64,000 nt of DNA, from contig BTVI01000002.1 of assembly GCA_045862955.1 (NCBI GenBank), positions 1 through 64,000 of the forward strand. Direction: 5' to 3'. Source of the DNA: Fimbriimonadales bacterium. Lineage in GTDB: Bacteria > Armatimonadota > Fimbriimonadia > Fimbriimonadales > JABRVX01. Position numbers and translations under genes: made by a program. The notes beneath the pieces are model-generated. The model was not told the origin of the DNA. It ran no database searches and saw nothing but the letters and a program-made list of their open reading frames with translations. Shown here piece by piece: positions 8,807 to 18,820 of the stretch (position 1 is the first letter of the stretch; each line of letters opens with the position of its first letter).

Positions 8807-11014
8807 TCACTGCTCCCGGCGAGAGTAGGCGGAGGCTGGAACGCGTTGGCGCGGGATACCGGGGCCTTTGTACTCGAGCCGTAGTGCCATCGCACCACCT
8901 GACTGAAAGTAGCCGACCTCGATCGGGTGCCGACCCGCGCGCAGAGCGATGCTAGCAGTCACCGTCTTCTCTGGGTGCAGGCCATCGTTGTTTGCCAGGA
9001 GCCGATCTCCGATCCGCAGAACACTACCATCGTCCGATGTTAGGTAGAAGGTGTACACTCCGTCCTCGGGCACCGTCAAGTAGCCTCGGAAAGAGAGGAA
9101 GAAGTCGTGGTCGCGCTTAGCGAAACCGAGGTCGAGGTCCTGTACGATGCCGGCCGCGATCGGTGTCTCGCTGCTCACAGAGGGCATACTACTCCACTTC
9201 CCCTCATAGTAGTAGACCTGGAGACCAGGAGCGTCCTTACCTACAGCGACTGGCGGTAGAATCGCCTCCTTGCGAAACGTGCGTTCAGTAACCGGCGACG
9301 TCCGTCCGGCCGGTGTGTGGGTAACTGCTCTTACGGTGGTAGTCTCGACCAGCTCGATCGGCTCATGGTAAGTGGCCGCGTCTGGGTCTAATGGGTCGCT
9401 ACCCAGGGTGTAGCGAATCGTTCCACCTGGAACGCTGGGCTGCATTTCCACCTTGATGGAGTCTAGGAACACCTCGTCGTCGGTTAGGAAGCGCGGCGGC
9501 TCCAGGTAGTATCTCACTCCCAGGCGGTCCAGTCGATGGTAGTGGACACCCATGCGAGCGGTGAAGTCTTGCCAATCTCTCTGATCCTTAGGCGACCAGA
9601 ACACCTCTGCCAAAGCACTCAGGCGGGGATATACTCGCTCGTCCACCACTTCCTGGGGGGCATACTCGGTCCAGATGTTGCCCTCGCCACCTAACACGTG
9701 CTTCGCTTCCTCGGGGGTTAGCTCGGGTGGAATCGGCTCGAAGGAATAGGCCTTCTGAAGGCTCGTGCTATCATGGCCGTAGTCCAGGTAGCAGTGGGTG
9801 GTGGGTGACACGATCACGTCATGGCCGGCCTTCGCTGCGGCCACTGCGCCCTCCATTCCACGCCACGATTGCACGGTCGCGTTGGGTGCGAGACCACCCT
9901 CGAGAATCTCGTCCCAGCCAATCAGCTTACGGTTCATCCCGGCCAGCATTCGCTCGGCGCGGCGGATGAAGTAGCTTTGCAGTTCGTGCTCGTCCTTCAG
10001 CCCCTCCTTGCTCATGCGCTCTTGGCACTTCGGGCACTTCTGCCAGCGCGTCTTCGGCACCTCGTCTCCGCCGATGTGTACGTACGGCGCAGGGAAGAGC
10101 GCTACCACTTCTTTCAGCACGTTTTCGAGAAACTCGAACACCTGCTCGTTCCCCGCACAGTACACGTCTGCGAACACTCCCCACTGCGTCGGGACTTCGA
10201 AGGGACCGCCGGTACACGACAGCTCAGGATAGCACGCGAGTGCTGCCATGGAATGGCCAGGCATCTCGATCTCCGGTACCACCATGATATGGCGTTGCGC
10301 GGCATACTCGACGATTTCCCGTACTTCTCGTTGGGTGTAGAAGCCGCCGTGTCGGTTCGCGCCTTCGCCGCGCCATGCGCCCTTCAGCGTAAGCTCGGGA
10401 TACCGCTCGATCTCGATCCGCCAGCCCTGGTCTTCGGTTAGGTGCCAGTGGAGCACGTTCAGCTTATGCAGCGCGAGCAGGTCTATATATCTCTTCACGA
10501 AGTCCTTCGTCATGAAATGGCGGCAGCAATCGAGCAGGCTACCGCGCCACCGGAAGCGCGGCTTGTCCCAGATGCGGCAGGTCGGAAGGGCCGCGCCATC
10601 GGATGCGAGCAACATCTGTCGCAAGCTTTGTGTGCCCCAGAATAGCCCTGCAGGTGTTGGTGCGCGGAGGGTAGCGCGGTCGGATTGGATGACCAACTCG
10701 TAGCCTTCCTCGCCTAGGGAGGGGTCGGCGCCATGCGTGGTCAGCAGAATGCCACGCACTGGCGGATCGGTGGCGGACGTCGCACAGAGAGACACCTTTG
10801 CGCCCGCGGAGGCCAGGTACTCCTGAAGGCGCTTGGCCGCGTTCAGCATTGGGCCGTCGCCAGGGTTGAAGAGCAGCGACACTCCCTTGCTGAGAGGAAA
10901 GACTCCACCAGAGGACTCCAGACGTACGGGTTTGGGCACGATCATGAGCGGGTTCACCTCCGTGAGCACCTGTGCCGAGGACGCAGCGAGAATGGCGGTG
11001 ACAAGTGAGAGCAT
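8807..11014 (-). CDS. Beta-N-acetylhexosaminidase (GH20) with chitobiase/Fn3-like and C-terminal PA14 domains
   Basis: DKPRFRWRG, LHWHLTEDQGWR, PEIEMPGH, catalytic HIGGDE, WTEY, YPRL; PA14 motifs YTFYLTSDDGS and NNDGLH. Start moved to the ATG at 11014, which opens a signal peptide (MLSLVTAILAASSA). Confidence 0.93.
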   Translation of the reverse strand: MLSLVTAILAASSAQVLTEVNPLMIVPKPVRLESSGGVFPLSKGVSLLFNPGDGPMLNAAKRLQEYLASAGAKVSLCATSATDPPVRGILLTTHGADPSLGEEGYELVIQSDRATLRAPTPAGLFWGTQSLRQMLLASDGAALPTCRIWDKPRFRWRGSLLDCCRHFMTKDFVKRYIDLLALHKLNVLHWHLTEDQGWRIEIERYPELTLKGAWRGEGANRHGGFYTQREVREIVEYAAQRHIMVVPEIEMPGHSMAALACYPELSCTGGPFEVPTQWGVFADVYCAGNEQVFEFLENVLKEVVALFPAPYVHIGGDEVPKTRWQKCPKCQERMSKEGLKDEHELQSYFIRRAERMLAGMNRKLIGWDEILEGGLAPNATVQSWRGMEGAVAAAKAGHDVIVSPTTHCYLDYGHDSTSLQKAYSFEPIPPELTPEEAKHVLGGEGNIWTEYAPQEVVDERVYPRLSALAEVFWSPKDQRDWQDFTARMGVHYHRLDRLGVRYYLEPPRFLTDDEVFLDSIKVEMQPSVPGGTIRYTLGSDPLDPDAATYHEPIELVETTTVRAVTHTPAGRTSPVTERTFRKEAILPPVAVGKDAPGLQVYYYEGKWSSMPSVSSETPIAAGIVQDLDLGFAKRDHDFFLSFRGYLTVPEDGVYTFYLTSDDGSVLRIGDRLLANNDGLHPEKTVTASIALRAGRHPIEVGYFQSGGAMALRLEYKGPGIPRQRVPASAYSRREQ

Positions 11015-11171
11015 AGGGAATCGGTTCGCCTCCGGGCCTCCATTGCCTGCTCCGGGAGCATACTCGGTGCTCCCCGCGGCCAGCCTCCGGCCGGGAGGTG
11101 GGAGGGACTGGCGACCGTGCGCGCGCGCACCGAGAGCCCGCTGCACGTCGACGCAGCCCACACAGACTCGA

Positions 11172-11201
11172 AGGCCGCCTGCGGTTCCCCGCAGGCGGCC
11201 T
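11172..11201. terminator. GC-rich hairpin, possible terminator downstream of the Ig-repeat gene
   Basis: AGGCCGCCTGCGG-TTCC-CCGCAGGCGGCCT, 13-bp perfect stem; no clear U-tract. Confidence 0.5.
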
Positions 11202-11236
11202 CGACCTTAGCTCACACTCGGAGCGCAGCCGTCAGG

Positions 11237-14200
11237 CTACTTCCAGAGCAGAGCGTTCACCATCTCGACCAGCAGACACCCGACTGGCTCCTCGTCGCTG
11301 TCAATCAGGTAGTCGCGGAACCAGCGCACGTCGTACCTACCTTCGGTGTCCTTGGCGAGGAACCTCGGGAAGTCCACGGAGCATTGGGCCACCACCGTCT
11401 CGAAGGCGATGAGTGCGTCCAGGTCGTCCTGAATGTCCAGCGCCCGGTAAAGGGCGTCTCGGCACTCCTCGCTGATCTTCGGCTTCTGGGTTGCCCCGAC
11501 CGCGACCGTCGAGAAGTACTCGATCAGGCACTTGATCTGCTCTCGGTCAGAAACCCTGACCTTGAACTCTACCGTCGCATACTGCGGCGGTCCCGGCCTG
11601 CCCTGATCGTCGAGTACCACGTAGACCACCGTCAGCTCGTACAGGGTCTCCGGCGGCGAGAACAGCAGCGCGCGGTTGCCGAGGCACGGCCCGTCCGGCG
11701 GAAGCTGGAACGCCACGTTACAGATCGGGTCGTTCAGCCGCTGATTGTTCGCGAACTTCAGACCGGTGTCGAAGTTCGTGTTCAGCCCAGAGCCGGGACC
11801 CGTGACGAACGCGGTGCACTTCCAGGACGGGGTGACCTTCTTGATGCGCACGGCCTGCACGATCAACCGGTCGTTGATGTCCACGCCGTTGGCTATCAAG
11901 ACGTCGCGGATCGTTATGCCGTCGATGTTCAGCACCTGCGGCCGGAACACCGTGACTGGAAGCCCGCTGAACGGATCGTCCACCGAGGGCCCGCACAAGA
12001 TGTTCAAGAGGCCGGCTTCGGCCGTCTGAACGGTGTGCGTGGCCGTGCCGGTACTGCCGTTGTAGTTGTCGGTGCCGCTGTACACGGCGGTCAGCGCTTT
12101 GACGCCGGTCGAGTCGAAGGTGTGTACGTACTCGGCCACGCCTGCGACCACCGCAACCGGTGCGCCCACGTCCGTACCGTCCACCTTGAACTGCACGGTG
12201 CCGCCGTCCGGCGTCGGAGTGACCGTCGCCTTGAGCGTCACGGGCTGGCCGACAACCGACGGGTTGGGCGTAGAGGTGACAGTCGTGGTCGTGATGGCCT
12301 TGTTGACCTGCAGCGTGGTGTTTCCAGTGCTGCCCTCATAACCGGCGGTGCCACTGTACACGGCTTCGACGAAGCGCGAGCCAGGCGTAGCATAGGTTTG
12401 CTGCAGCGTGGCCTGGCCGGCAACAACGCTGACCGGTCCGCCGACGTTGCTGCCGTCCACCTTGAACTGTACGGTACCGCCATCCGGAGTGGGTGTTATG
12501 GTCGCGGTGAACGTGACCTGCTGACCCACCTGAGCCGGATTCGGTGCGGCTACGACCGTGGTGGTGGTCGGCGTCTTCTGTACCGTGTGGTCCGCCGAGC
12601 CGGCACTGCTCTCGAAGTTAGATGTACCGCTGTAGACGGCTTCCACCAACTGGACGCCCACTGCGGGGAACGCATAGGTGGTCTGCGCCTGGCCGGCAAC
12701 CACGCTCACCGGTGCCCCGATGTTGACACCGTTGACCTTGAACTGCACCGTTCCGCCATCGGGCGATGGGCTCACCGTTGCGGTGATCTGCACGTTCTGG
12801 CCGACTTTGGACGGGTTCGGCGAGGTCGAGACCGTGGTCCCGGTCGGAGTCTTGTTGACCAAGAGGTTCGTAGTGCCGGTACTGGCCGCGTAGTTCGTCG
12901 TCCCGCTGTACTCGGCGGTGATCGTGCGGTTACCAGCGTTGTTGAACTGCTGCGTCGTCTGGGCCTGTCCGGCCACCACTGGGACCGGGCCGCCCAGGTT
13001 GACGCCGTTCTCCTTGAACTGCACGGTGCCGCCATCAGGCGTCGGCGTGATGGTGGCCGTCAGCGTGGAGTTGCTGCCGCGGTCAACCGGGTTCGGGCTT
13101 GCGTTGACCGCCGTACTGGTCGGCGTCTTGTTGACGACGAGCGTGGTCTGACCAGTGCTGGCGTTGTAGTTTGCGGTCCCACTGTACTCGGCGGTGATTG
13201 TTCGGTTGCCCGCCGTGTTGAACTGCTGTGTCGTCTGGGCCTGTCCGGCCACGACTGGGACCGGGGCGCCCAGGTTGACGCCGTTCTCTTTGAACTGCAC
13301 CGTACCGCCATCAGGCGTCGGCGTGATGGTGGCCGTCAGCGTGGAGTTGCTGCCGCGGTCCACCGGGTTCGGGCTTGCGTTGACCGCCGTACTGGTGTTC
13401 GCCTTGTTGACGAGGAGTGTCGTGGAGCCTGTGCTCGGGTTGAAGTTCGAAGTTCCGCTGAAGACGGCTTCGATGTTCCGGTTGCCCGCGGTGGTGTACG
13501 TCTTATTCGTAGACGCCTGGCCGCCGACGACCGGAACGGGCGCGCCGAGGTTCACCCCGTCTTCCTTGAACTGCACGGTACCGCCATCGGGCGTCGGCGA
13601 CACGGTCGCCGTGAAGGAGACGTTCTGACCGACCGTCGCGGGGTTGGGCACGGCGACCACGGAAGTCGTGGTGTCCATCGGCCCACCGCCTCCCGTGACC
13701 TGGATGTAGTTGTCGGTGATGTCCACCGATGCACCTACATAGTCCAGGATTCGGGTGGAGAGACCGGTCCCGGTATCACGATTGTCGAATGCCCAGTTGA
13801 GCGTCTGTCCCTCGGATCCCGGAGCGATCGTGAAGGTGAACAGCGTCTTCGCCGGGAAGTTGTACGAAGCGGTGCGCGTCCCCTGCACTCCGATCAGGGC
13901 GTACAAGCCCTTGTTCGCCACGAATGGGTAGTTGGGGTCGCTCGGGTCAATGGCGTTGTCCCGCATCTCGCCATAGTCGGGCTGCCAAAATATCTTGATC
14001 GGGTACCAAGCGCCGGGCACGAAAGCCGCGTTCACCTGAGTAGCCCACGTATTCGCATCTGCCTCGCTCATTACGCCGTTCCCATCTAGAATCAGCGTAA
14101 TCTGCATGGTGCCCCACTTCTCGGTCTGCCCGGTCTGGTCGTCGGCCCTGAAGTAGTACTTGATCGCGATCTGATCCCCGGGGTCGCAAAGTAGGGCTCC

Positions 14201-14347
14201 GGCATTGGATGTGCCTTTGGTTACGTTCTCGAACCACAAGCGCGCGACATACCCCGCATGCCCAGACGACGCGAGAAGCGTCGCGCCGACCGTGGCTAGC
14301 GCCACCAGGGTCGTGCGGAGACCGCGCGTGCTAAGCGCAAAACTCAC
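11237..14347 (-). CDS. Secreted surface protein: unknown N-terminal domain, six Ig-like (Big_3-type) repeats, Cys-rich C-terminal domain
   Basis: GGGAGG RBS before GTG at 14347; signal peptide; six ~92-aa repeats (T-x-T...PNP...GQ-x-V-x-x-TAT...PDGGTVQFK...A-x-YSGT). Confidence 0.85.
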   Translation of the reverse strand: MSFALSTRGLRTTLVALATVGATLLASSGHAGYVARLWFENVTKGTSNAGALLCDPGDQIAIKYYFRADDQTGQTEKWGTMQITLILDGNGVMSEADANTWATQVNAAFVPGAWYPIKIFWQPDYGEMRDNAIDPSDPNYPFVANKGLYALIGVQGTRTASYNFPAKTLFTFTIAPGSEGQTLNWAFDNRDTGTGLSTRILDYVGASVDITDNYIQVTGGGGPMDTTTSVVAVPNPATVGQNVSFTATVSPTPDGGTVQFKEDGVNLGAPVPVVGGQASTNKTYTTAGNRNIEAVFSGTSNFNPSTGSTTLLVNKANTSTAVNASPNPVDRGSNSTLTATITPTPDGGTVQFKENGVNLGAPVPVVAGQAQTTQQFNTAGNRTITAEYSGTANYNASTGQTTLVVNKTPTSTAVNASPNPVDRGSNSTLTATITPTPDGGTVQFKENGVNLGGPVPVVAGQAQTTQQFNNAGNRTITAEYSGTTNYAASTGTTNLLVNKTPTGTTVSTSPNPSKVGQNVQITATVSPSPDGGTVQFKVNGVNIGAPVSVVAGQAQTTYAFPAVGVQLVEAVYSGTSNFESSAGSADHTVQKTPTTTTVVAAPNPAQVGQQVTFTATITPTPDGGTVQFKVDGSNVGGPVSVVAGQATLQQTYATPGSRFVEAVYSGTAGYEGSTGNTTLQVNKAITTTTVTSTPNPSVVGQPVTLKATVTPTPDGGTVQFKVDGTDVGAPVAVVAGVAEYVHTFDSTGVKALTAVYSGTDNYNGSTGTATHTVQTAEAGLLNILCGPSVDDPFSGLPVTVFRPQVLNIDGITIRDVLIANGVDINDRLIVQAVRIKKVTPSWKCTAFVTGPGSGLNTNFDTGLKFANNQRLNDPICNVAFQLPPDGPCLGNRALLFSPPETLYELTVVYVVLDDQGRPGPPQYATVEFKVRVSDREQIKCLIEYFSTVAVGATQKPKISEECRDALYRALDIQDDLDALIAFETVVAQCSVDFPRFLAKDTEGRYDVRWFRDYLIDSDEEPVGCLLVEMVNALLWK

Positions 14348-14461
14348 GATGGTCCTCCCTTCTATCGCAACGGCGCGGCCCCATGGTGCCGCATCTAGCA
14401 CTCGATAGAAACACTAAGATTAACTCCCAAGCGGAAGTAACAGGGCTCGGGCGACGCCCCC

Positions 14462-14490
14462 ATTATACAATAGATGTAGTGCTCCAACAA
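14462..14490 (-). promoter_or_regulatory. Putative sigma70 promoter for the Ig-repeat gene
   Basis: On the minus strand TTGTTG-17 nt-TATAAT in an AT-rich intergenic patch. Confidence 0.5.
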
Positions 14491-14745
14491 TCCGAAATCA
14501 AGAAGTTGTGGGTTCTCTACCGTATTGTCGCCGGAACCTAGTATCTGTTCGCCGGACTTCCTCACGTTCCTGCCGTCGGCCAGGCGGAAAGGGCCTCGCA
14601 GATCGGGCCCACGATTGTGACTGTGGGGCGGCCGCCGAGAGCCGGTCTGCCTACCGGCTGGCGGACCGCGAGGGGTCCCGTCATGCCCGGCCGTGCGGTG
14701 ACCCGAGCCGAGGCTTTAGAGTAGGATTCGCGGTGGGAGGATAAG

Positions 14746-17538
14746 ATGGCAGACCGGCACGACCTGCCGAATCGCGAAAGCCTGGCATTTGTCGAAGAAC
14801 GCTACGACGACTATCTTCGCGATCCGTCGTCAGTAAGCGAGGGGTGGCGTGCGTACTTCTCGCAGCTGTCCAACGGTGCCGGGACTGCACCCAGGCGCCC
14901 CTCTTTTCAGCCTCGCAGCATCTTCGACCCTGCAGGAACCGCTGCCGGAGTCCAGGTGCCGTGTCCGGATGACGCTGCCGCGTTTCAGCTCCGCGTGGAC
15001 AAGCTCGTCCGTAATTTTCGGGTCCGCGGCCACATTCTTGCGCAGGTCAACCCGCTAGGAACGCGCTCCGAGCGCGTTCCGGAGATCGAGCCGGAGTATT
15101 ACGGCCTCACCGAGGCGGACATGGACCGTCCTTGTTCCATCGAGACGATCCGCACCTCGGAGATGCTGACGCTTCGTCAAGTGCTCGAGCGCTTGCACGA
15201 TACCTACTGCCGCTCTATCGGCGTGCAGTTCATGCACATAGATAACCTGCAGGTGCGCGAGTGGCTGCAGTCTCGGATGGAGTCCACGGGCAACCGAATC
15301 GAGCTCACCCGAGAGGAGCAGCTGCGAATTCTCACCAGGCTCTCCGACGCCGTCATCTTCGAGGAGTTCATCCAAAAGAAGTATCTCGGCGCGAAGAGCT
15401 TTTCGCTGGAAGGCACCGAAACGCTGATCCCGCTGCTGGACCTCGCCATCGAGAAGGCGGCGGAGCAGGGCATCGTCGAGATCATGATGGGAATGGCCCA
15501 TCGTGGCCGCCTGAACGTCTTGGCCAACATCTTGGGCAAGGCGCCGCAAGACATCTTCCGCGAGTTCGAAGACGTGGATGCGAAGCTCTACGTGGGCAGA
15601 GGCGACGTCAAGTACCATAAGGGTTACTCGGGTCGTTGGCGCGCAGCGAATGGGCGCGACATCTTGCTCTCTCTGTGTTTCAACCCGAGCCACTTGGAGT
15701 TCGTGAACCCCGTCGCAGTGGGCCGTATGAGGGCGAAGATGGACCGCACCAACGACCGCACCCGCGAGAAGGGAATGGTCCTTCTGGTGCACGGCGACGC
15801 TGCGTTCGCCGGTGAAGGCATCGTTCAAGAGACGCTCAACCTGAGCGAGTTGGCAGGCTATACGGTAGGCGGGGTTCTACACGTCATCGTAAACAACCAG
15901 ATCGGCTTCACGACGGGACCAGATCAAGGCCGTTCCACCTATTACGCGACCGATGTCGCCAAGATGCTGCAGAGCCCCATCTTCCACGTGAACGGCGAAG
16001 ACCCGGAGGCCGTTGCGCAAGTGGTGCGACTCGCGATGGACTTCCGAAGGGAGTTTCGGCGCGACGTCGTGATTGACATGTACGGCTACCGCAGGTTGGG
16101 GCACAACGAGGGAGATGAGCCTTCCTTCACCCAGCCACTGCTCTACGACGCGATCGCGAAGCGCAAGTCGGTGCGCGAGGGCTACCTGGAACACCTGCTG
16201 GCGCTGGGAGAGGTGACGCGAGAGGAAGCGGACCGCATCGCTGCCAAAAGCCGGGAAAGGCTGGAGTCGCATCTGTCTGTGGCTCGCAGCGACGACTACC
16301 TATTCCGCGACGAGCCGTTCACCGGGATTTGGAAGGGCTACGTCGGCGGGCGCGACTCGGACGTTCCCGACGCCGAGACGGCAGTTCCGGTGGAGCGGCT
16401 GTCGCAGACCCTAACCTCGCTGACGCAGTTACCCGATGGGTTCACGCCCCACCCGAAGATTGCGCGTCGCCTCGAGATTCAGAAGCAGATGGCGGAAGGG
16501 AAGAAGCCCCTCGATTGGGCAACTGCCGAAGCTCTGGCGTTTGCTACGCTCGCGCTCGATGGAGTGCGCATTCGCATGTCGGGGCAGGACTCGGAACGCG
16601 GCACCTTCAGCCAGCGGCATGCAGTGCTCCACGACGTGAAGACCGGCGCGACCTACATGCCTCTCGCACATCTGTCAAAAGACCAGGCGCCGGTCGAGAT
16701 CTATAACAGCCCGCTTTCCGAAGCCGGGGTCCTCGGCTTCGAGTATGGGTACAGCCTCAGCTATCCCGAGGCTCTGGTCATTTGGGAAGCGCAGTTCGGA
16801 GACTTCGTGAACGCGGCACAGGTGATGGTGGACCAGTTCATTGCCTCGGCGGAGAGCAAGTGGCGACGGCTGAGCGGTCTCACTCTGCTGCTACCGCACG
16901 GCATGGAAGGGCAGGGGCCGGAGCACTCGAGCGCACGGTTGGAGCGGTTCCTTCAGCTGGCTGCAGAAGACAACATTCAAGTCGTCCAACCGAGCACGCC
17001 GGCGCAATACTTCCACTTGCTGCGCCGCCAGGTTCTGCGGCCGATTCGCAAACCGTTGATTGTCATGACGCCGAAGAGCCTACTGCGGCATCCGAAGGTG
17101 GCGTCTTCGCTAGAGGAGTGCGCGGCCGGTGGCTTTCGCAGAGTGCTACCAGAGCCCCGACCGAGTCGGGCCCAGCCCAGCCGTGTGCTGCTTTGCAGCG
17201 GCAAGATTTACTACGAGCTCGCGGAGCTTCGAGAGACGCATGCACGGGACGACGTGGTGATCGTGCGGTTGGAGCAGTTCTATCCGCTCCCCGAGGAGCA
17301 GCTGAATGAGGCGCTCGAGGCTTTCGAAGACGGTACTCCGGTCTTCTGGGTCCAGGAAGAGCCGGAAAACCAAGGAGCCTGGCGGTTCCTGCGAGCAGCA
17401 CTAGGGGACCGATTGTGTGGGCGGCTGCCGTTGGCGTGCGTAAGCCGCCCAGCGTCAGCCAGCCCGGCGACAGGCTCGGCGAGCAGTCACAAGCTGGAGC
17501 AGAGTGTGGTGTTGGTGGAGGCGTTGGGTGATGAGTAG
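14746..17538 (+). CDS. sucA: 2-oxoglutarate dehydrogenase E1 component
   Basis: [34 protein letters not shown] motif, [29 protein letters not shown]. Confidence 0.97.
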   Translation: MADRHDLPNRESLAFVEERYDDYLRDPSSVSEGWRAYFSQLSNGAGTAPRRPSFQPRSIFDPAGTAAGVQVPCPDDAAAFQLRVDKLVRNFRVRGHILAQVNPLGTRSERVPEIEPEYYGLTEADMDRPCSIETIRTSEMLTLRQVLERLHDTYCRSIGVQFMHIDNLQVREWLQSRMESTGNRIELTREEQLRILTRLSDAVIFEEFIQKKYLGAKSFSLEGTETLIPLLDLAIEKAAEQGIVEIMMGMAHRGRLNVLANILGKAPQDIFREFEDVDAKLYVGRGDVKYHKGYSGRWRAANGRDILLSLCFNPSHLEFVNPVAVGRMRAKMDRTNDRTREKGMVLLVHGDAAFAGEGIVQETLNLSELAGYTVGGVLHVIVNNQIGFTTGPDQGRSTYYATDVAKMLQSPIFHVNGEDPEAVAQVVRLAMDFRREFRRDVVIDMYGYRRLGHNEGDEPSFTQPLLYDAIAKRKSVREGYLEHLLALGEVTREEADRIAAKSRERLESHLSVARSDDYLFRDEPFTGIWKGYVGGRDSDVPDAETAVPVERLSQTLTSLTQLPDGFTPHPKIARRLEIQKQMAEGKKPLDWATAEALAFATLALDGVRIRMSGQDSERGTFSQRHAVLHDVKTGATYMPLAHLSKDQAPVEIYNSPLSEAGVLGFEYGYSLSYPEALVIWEAQFGDFVNAAQVMVDQFIASAESKWRRLSGLTLLLPHGMEGQGPEHSSARLERFLQLAAEDNIQVVQPSTPAQYFHLLRRQVLRPIRKPLIVMTPKSLLRHPKVASSLEECAAGGFRRVLPEPRPSRAQPSRVLLCSGKIYYELAELRETHARDDVVIVRLEQFYPLPEEQLNEALEAFEDGTPVFWVQEEPENQGAWRFLRAALGDRLCGRLPLACVSRPASASPATGSASSHKLEQSVVLVEALGDE

Positions 17539-17554
17539 GAGGAGGCCCCAGGCT

Positions 17555-17656
17555 CCCGTCATGCTGAGCTCGTCGAAGCATGCGATGCGGGGCTCTCATC
17601 ATGGTACTCGTGGGAGAGATTGTGCGGTCATGCTTCGACGAGCTCAGCATGACGGG
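17555..17656. repeat. Isolated inverted REP doublet between sucA and sucB
   Basis: Perfect 28-bp inverted repeat CCCGTCATGCTGAGCTCGTCGAAGCATG at 17555-17582 and 17629-17656, with a 46-bp spacer. Confidence 0.93.
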
Positions 17657-17676
17657 CAACTACCGGAGGACTCGAT

Positions 17677-18753
17677 ATGCCAGTTGAGTTAGTGGTACCA
17701 GAGGTCGGCGAGTCGATCACCGAAGTGACTATCGCCAAGTGGCTTCGGGCCGAGGGCGAGATGGTGCAGAAGGACGAGGCCGTCGTCGAACTGGAGACAG
17801 ACAAAGCGACGCTAGAGCTGCCCGCACCGGTGTCCGGTCGGGTGACAAAGCATGCAAAGGCCCCCGGCGAGACCGCCGCTGTGGGAGAGACTATCGGAGT
17901 GATGGAGGAGGCGGCCGTCGATGCAGGAGACGGCAAGCCTAAGAAGAGTGGCAAGCAGCCGAAGGTAGCCGAGCCCGCTGCAACAGCAGTCGAAGAGAAG
18001 AAACCCGAACCGCCGAAGCCCGCCCCCGTGGCTCCCGCTCCGCCGCAAGCCGGGCGGCTCGAGGAGATCGTGCCGATGACGCCAATCCGCCGGAGGATCG
18101 CGGAGCGGCTCGTAGAGTCCCAGCACACCGCCGCACTGCTAACCACCTTCAACGAGATAGACATGTCGGAGGTGATGGCCCTGCGCGCGCGCTATCGGGA
18201 GACGTTCGAGAAGAAGTACGGGGTGCGCCTCGGTATCATGTCGTTCTTCGTGAAGGGTGCCATCGAGGCGCTGAAGATGTTCCCGCAGCTCAACGCAGAG
18301 ATCCGCGGCACCGACATCGTGTACAAGAACTACTACGATATCGGCATCGCGGTCAGCAGTGGAAAGGGGCTGGTCGTGCCGGTGATCCGAGACGCAGAGA
18401 GGCTTAGTTTCGCGCAGACGGAGAAGGTGATCGAGGACTTTGCCCTTCGCGCTCGCGAGAACCGCATCGAGCTGGAGGAACTCGAGGGGGGGACGTTCAC
18501 CATTAGCAACGGGGGCGTCTTCGGCTCGTTGATGTCCACGCCGATTGTCAACCCGCCGCAGGTGGGCGTGCTGGGGATGCACGCTATCCAGGACCGGCCC
18601 GTCGCGCGAGATGGGCAGGTGGTGATCCGCCCGATGATGTACGTCGCGCTGACGTACGACCACCGTATCGTGGACGGCCGCGAGGCGGTGACCTTCTTGC
18701 GCCGCATCAAGGAGTGCGTGGAAGACCCGACCCGCATCCTCCTCGAGGTCTGA
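17677..18753 (+). CDS. sucB: Dihydrolipoamide succinyltransferase (E2)
   Basis: Lipoyl domain ETDKAT, Pro/Ala/Lys linker, catalytic DHRIVDG; follows sucA. Confidence 0.96.
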   Translation: MPVELVVPEVGESITEVTIAKWLRAEGEMVQKDEAVVELETDKATLELPAPVSGRVTKHAKAPGETAAVGETIGVMEEAAVDAGDGKPKKSGKQPKVAEPAATAVEEKKPEPPKPAPVAPAPPQAGRLEEIVPMTPIRRRIAERLVESQHTAALLTTFNEIDMSEVMALRARYRETFEKKYGVRLGIMSFFVKGAIEALKMFPQLNAEIRGTDIVYKNYYDIGIAVSSGKGLVVPVIRDAERLSFAQTEKVIEDFALRARENRIELEELEGGTFTISNGGVFGSLMSTPIVNPPQVGVLGMHAIQDRPVARDGQVVIRPMMYVALTYDHRIVDGREAVTFLRRIKECVEDPTRILLEV

Positions 18754-18820
18754 CGTCTCGGTCTCCGTCAGCGACCCGTAACCTCGCCGTCGCGGCCAAG
18801 ATTCTGGCGAGACGCCGGAA

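Noticed and set aside
7900..8830. Short ORFs with MLSLSKH, MLRQAQHD or CFDRLSMT peptides (also 20268-21700 and 55260-56170)
   Set aside because: These are translations of the REP in different frames; no RBS or protein-like composition.
11117..14089. 990-aa plus-strand ORF
   Set aside because: Antisense shadow of the Ig-repeat gene; Arg/Val-rich with no motifs.
14530..14570. RNase P RNA-like GAGGAAGTCCGG on the minus strand
   Set aside because: One A short of the GAGGAAAGTCC consensus, no matching 3' conserved segment, and too little room.
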